DNA of 64,000 nucleotides from Gallionella sp. (GTDB lineage Bacteria; Pseudomonadota; Gammaproteobacteria; Burkholderiales; Gallionellaceae): NCBI GenBank assembly GCA_035702405.1, contig DASSQR010000096.1, positions 2,037 to 66,036 of the forward strand, read 5' to 3'. Shown piece by piece: positions 63,490 to 64,000 of this stretch (position 1 is its first letter; each line of letters starts with the position of its first letter). The notes under the pieces were generated by a model. It saw only the letters and a program-made list of their open reading frames with translations, ran no database searches and was not told where the DNA came from. The position numbers and the translations under genes were made by a program.

Positions 63490-63567
63490 ATTTTGTCGGC
63501 TTGCTCGGTATTCGGGGCGGGTCGCGAGCGGCCCTGGCAATTCTTTAAGTTTCCGGGAGGTGCCCGA

Positions 63568-64000
63568 ATGAAGGCAATTCCAACCGCCATTCCTGACGTC
63601 CTGTTGATCGATCCGGATGTGATGAGCGATGAGCGCGGCTATTTTTTCGAGAGCTTTAATCATCGTTCCTTTGTCGACCTGGTCGGGCGCGAGGTTGAGT
63701 TCGTTCAGGATAATCACACTTGTTCGGGGCGGCAGGTGTTGCGAGGTCTGCACTATCAGGTCAGGCATGCGCAGGGCAAGCTGGTGCGGGTGGTGAGCGG
63801 CACGGTGTTCGATGTGGTTGTGGATTTGCGCAAGCACTCGGCAACGTTCGGGCGGTACGTGGGAACGATATTATCCGCCGAGAATAAAAAACTGATCTGG
63901 ATCCCGGAAGGATTTGCGCATGGTTTTCTGGTGCTGTCGAACGCGGCGGAGTGTCTCTACAAAACGACTGACTATTGGTACCCCGAACACGAGCGCTGCA
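63568..64000 (+). CDS. rfbC: dTDP-4-dehydrorhamnose 3,5-epimerase, 3' truncated by the window edge
   Basis: Own translation: DERGYFFESFN, FVQDNH, VLRGLHYQ, QGKLVRV, IPEGFAHGF, LYKTTDYW. Confidence 0.93.
   Translation, partial: MKAIPTAIPDVLLIDPDVMSDERGYFFESFNHRSFVDLVGREVEFVQDNHTCSGRQVLRGLHYQVRHAQGKLVRVVSGTVFDVVVDLRKHSATFGRYVGTILSAENKKLIWIPEGFAHGFLVLSNAAECLYKTTDYWYPEHERC

Overview
GC-rich betaproteobacterial chromosome segment. Gene content and order suggest Gallionellaceae/Nitrosomonadales; this is an inference. Most of it is housekeeping: purB, mnmA, nudJ, tRNA-Leu, queA, tgt, the rpsB-tsf-pyrH-frr-uppS-cdsA-dxr-rseP-bamA-skp-lpxD-fabZ-lpxA-lpxB-rnhB cluster, smpB-ratA-rnfH, PHP-yciO-S2P-trpS-scpA-scpB, ppdK, rpsF-rpsR-rplI-dnaB, tRNA-Val and a partial rfbC. 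The most unusual parts are: (1) a tandem array at 1-7518 alternating SLAM/DUF560-like (type XI secretion) translocons with secreted FecR-domain + TbpB-like barrel proteins, one carrying 17 PGTT repeats; (2) a GIY-YIG nuclease gene with a premature TGA, bracketed by CGTC-tagged palindromes, plus a stand-alone covarying copy of that repeat; (3) four MITE-like elements with a shared CAAGG-hairpin-CAACG ERIC-like core but three kinds of terminal repeat, two of which supply the ribosome-binding site of the adjacent gene; (4) an accessory gene flanked by two 28-bp recombination-site-like sequences; (5) rnhB lacking any ATG/GTG/TTG start upstream of its catalytic motif (probable ATT start); (6) priB missing from the rpsF-rpsR operon. 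A heavy-metal RND/CDF efflux cluster is also present. All product calls come from motif recognition by eye; no database searches were run.
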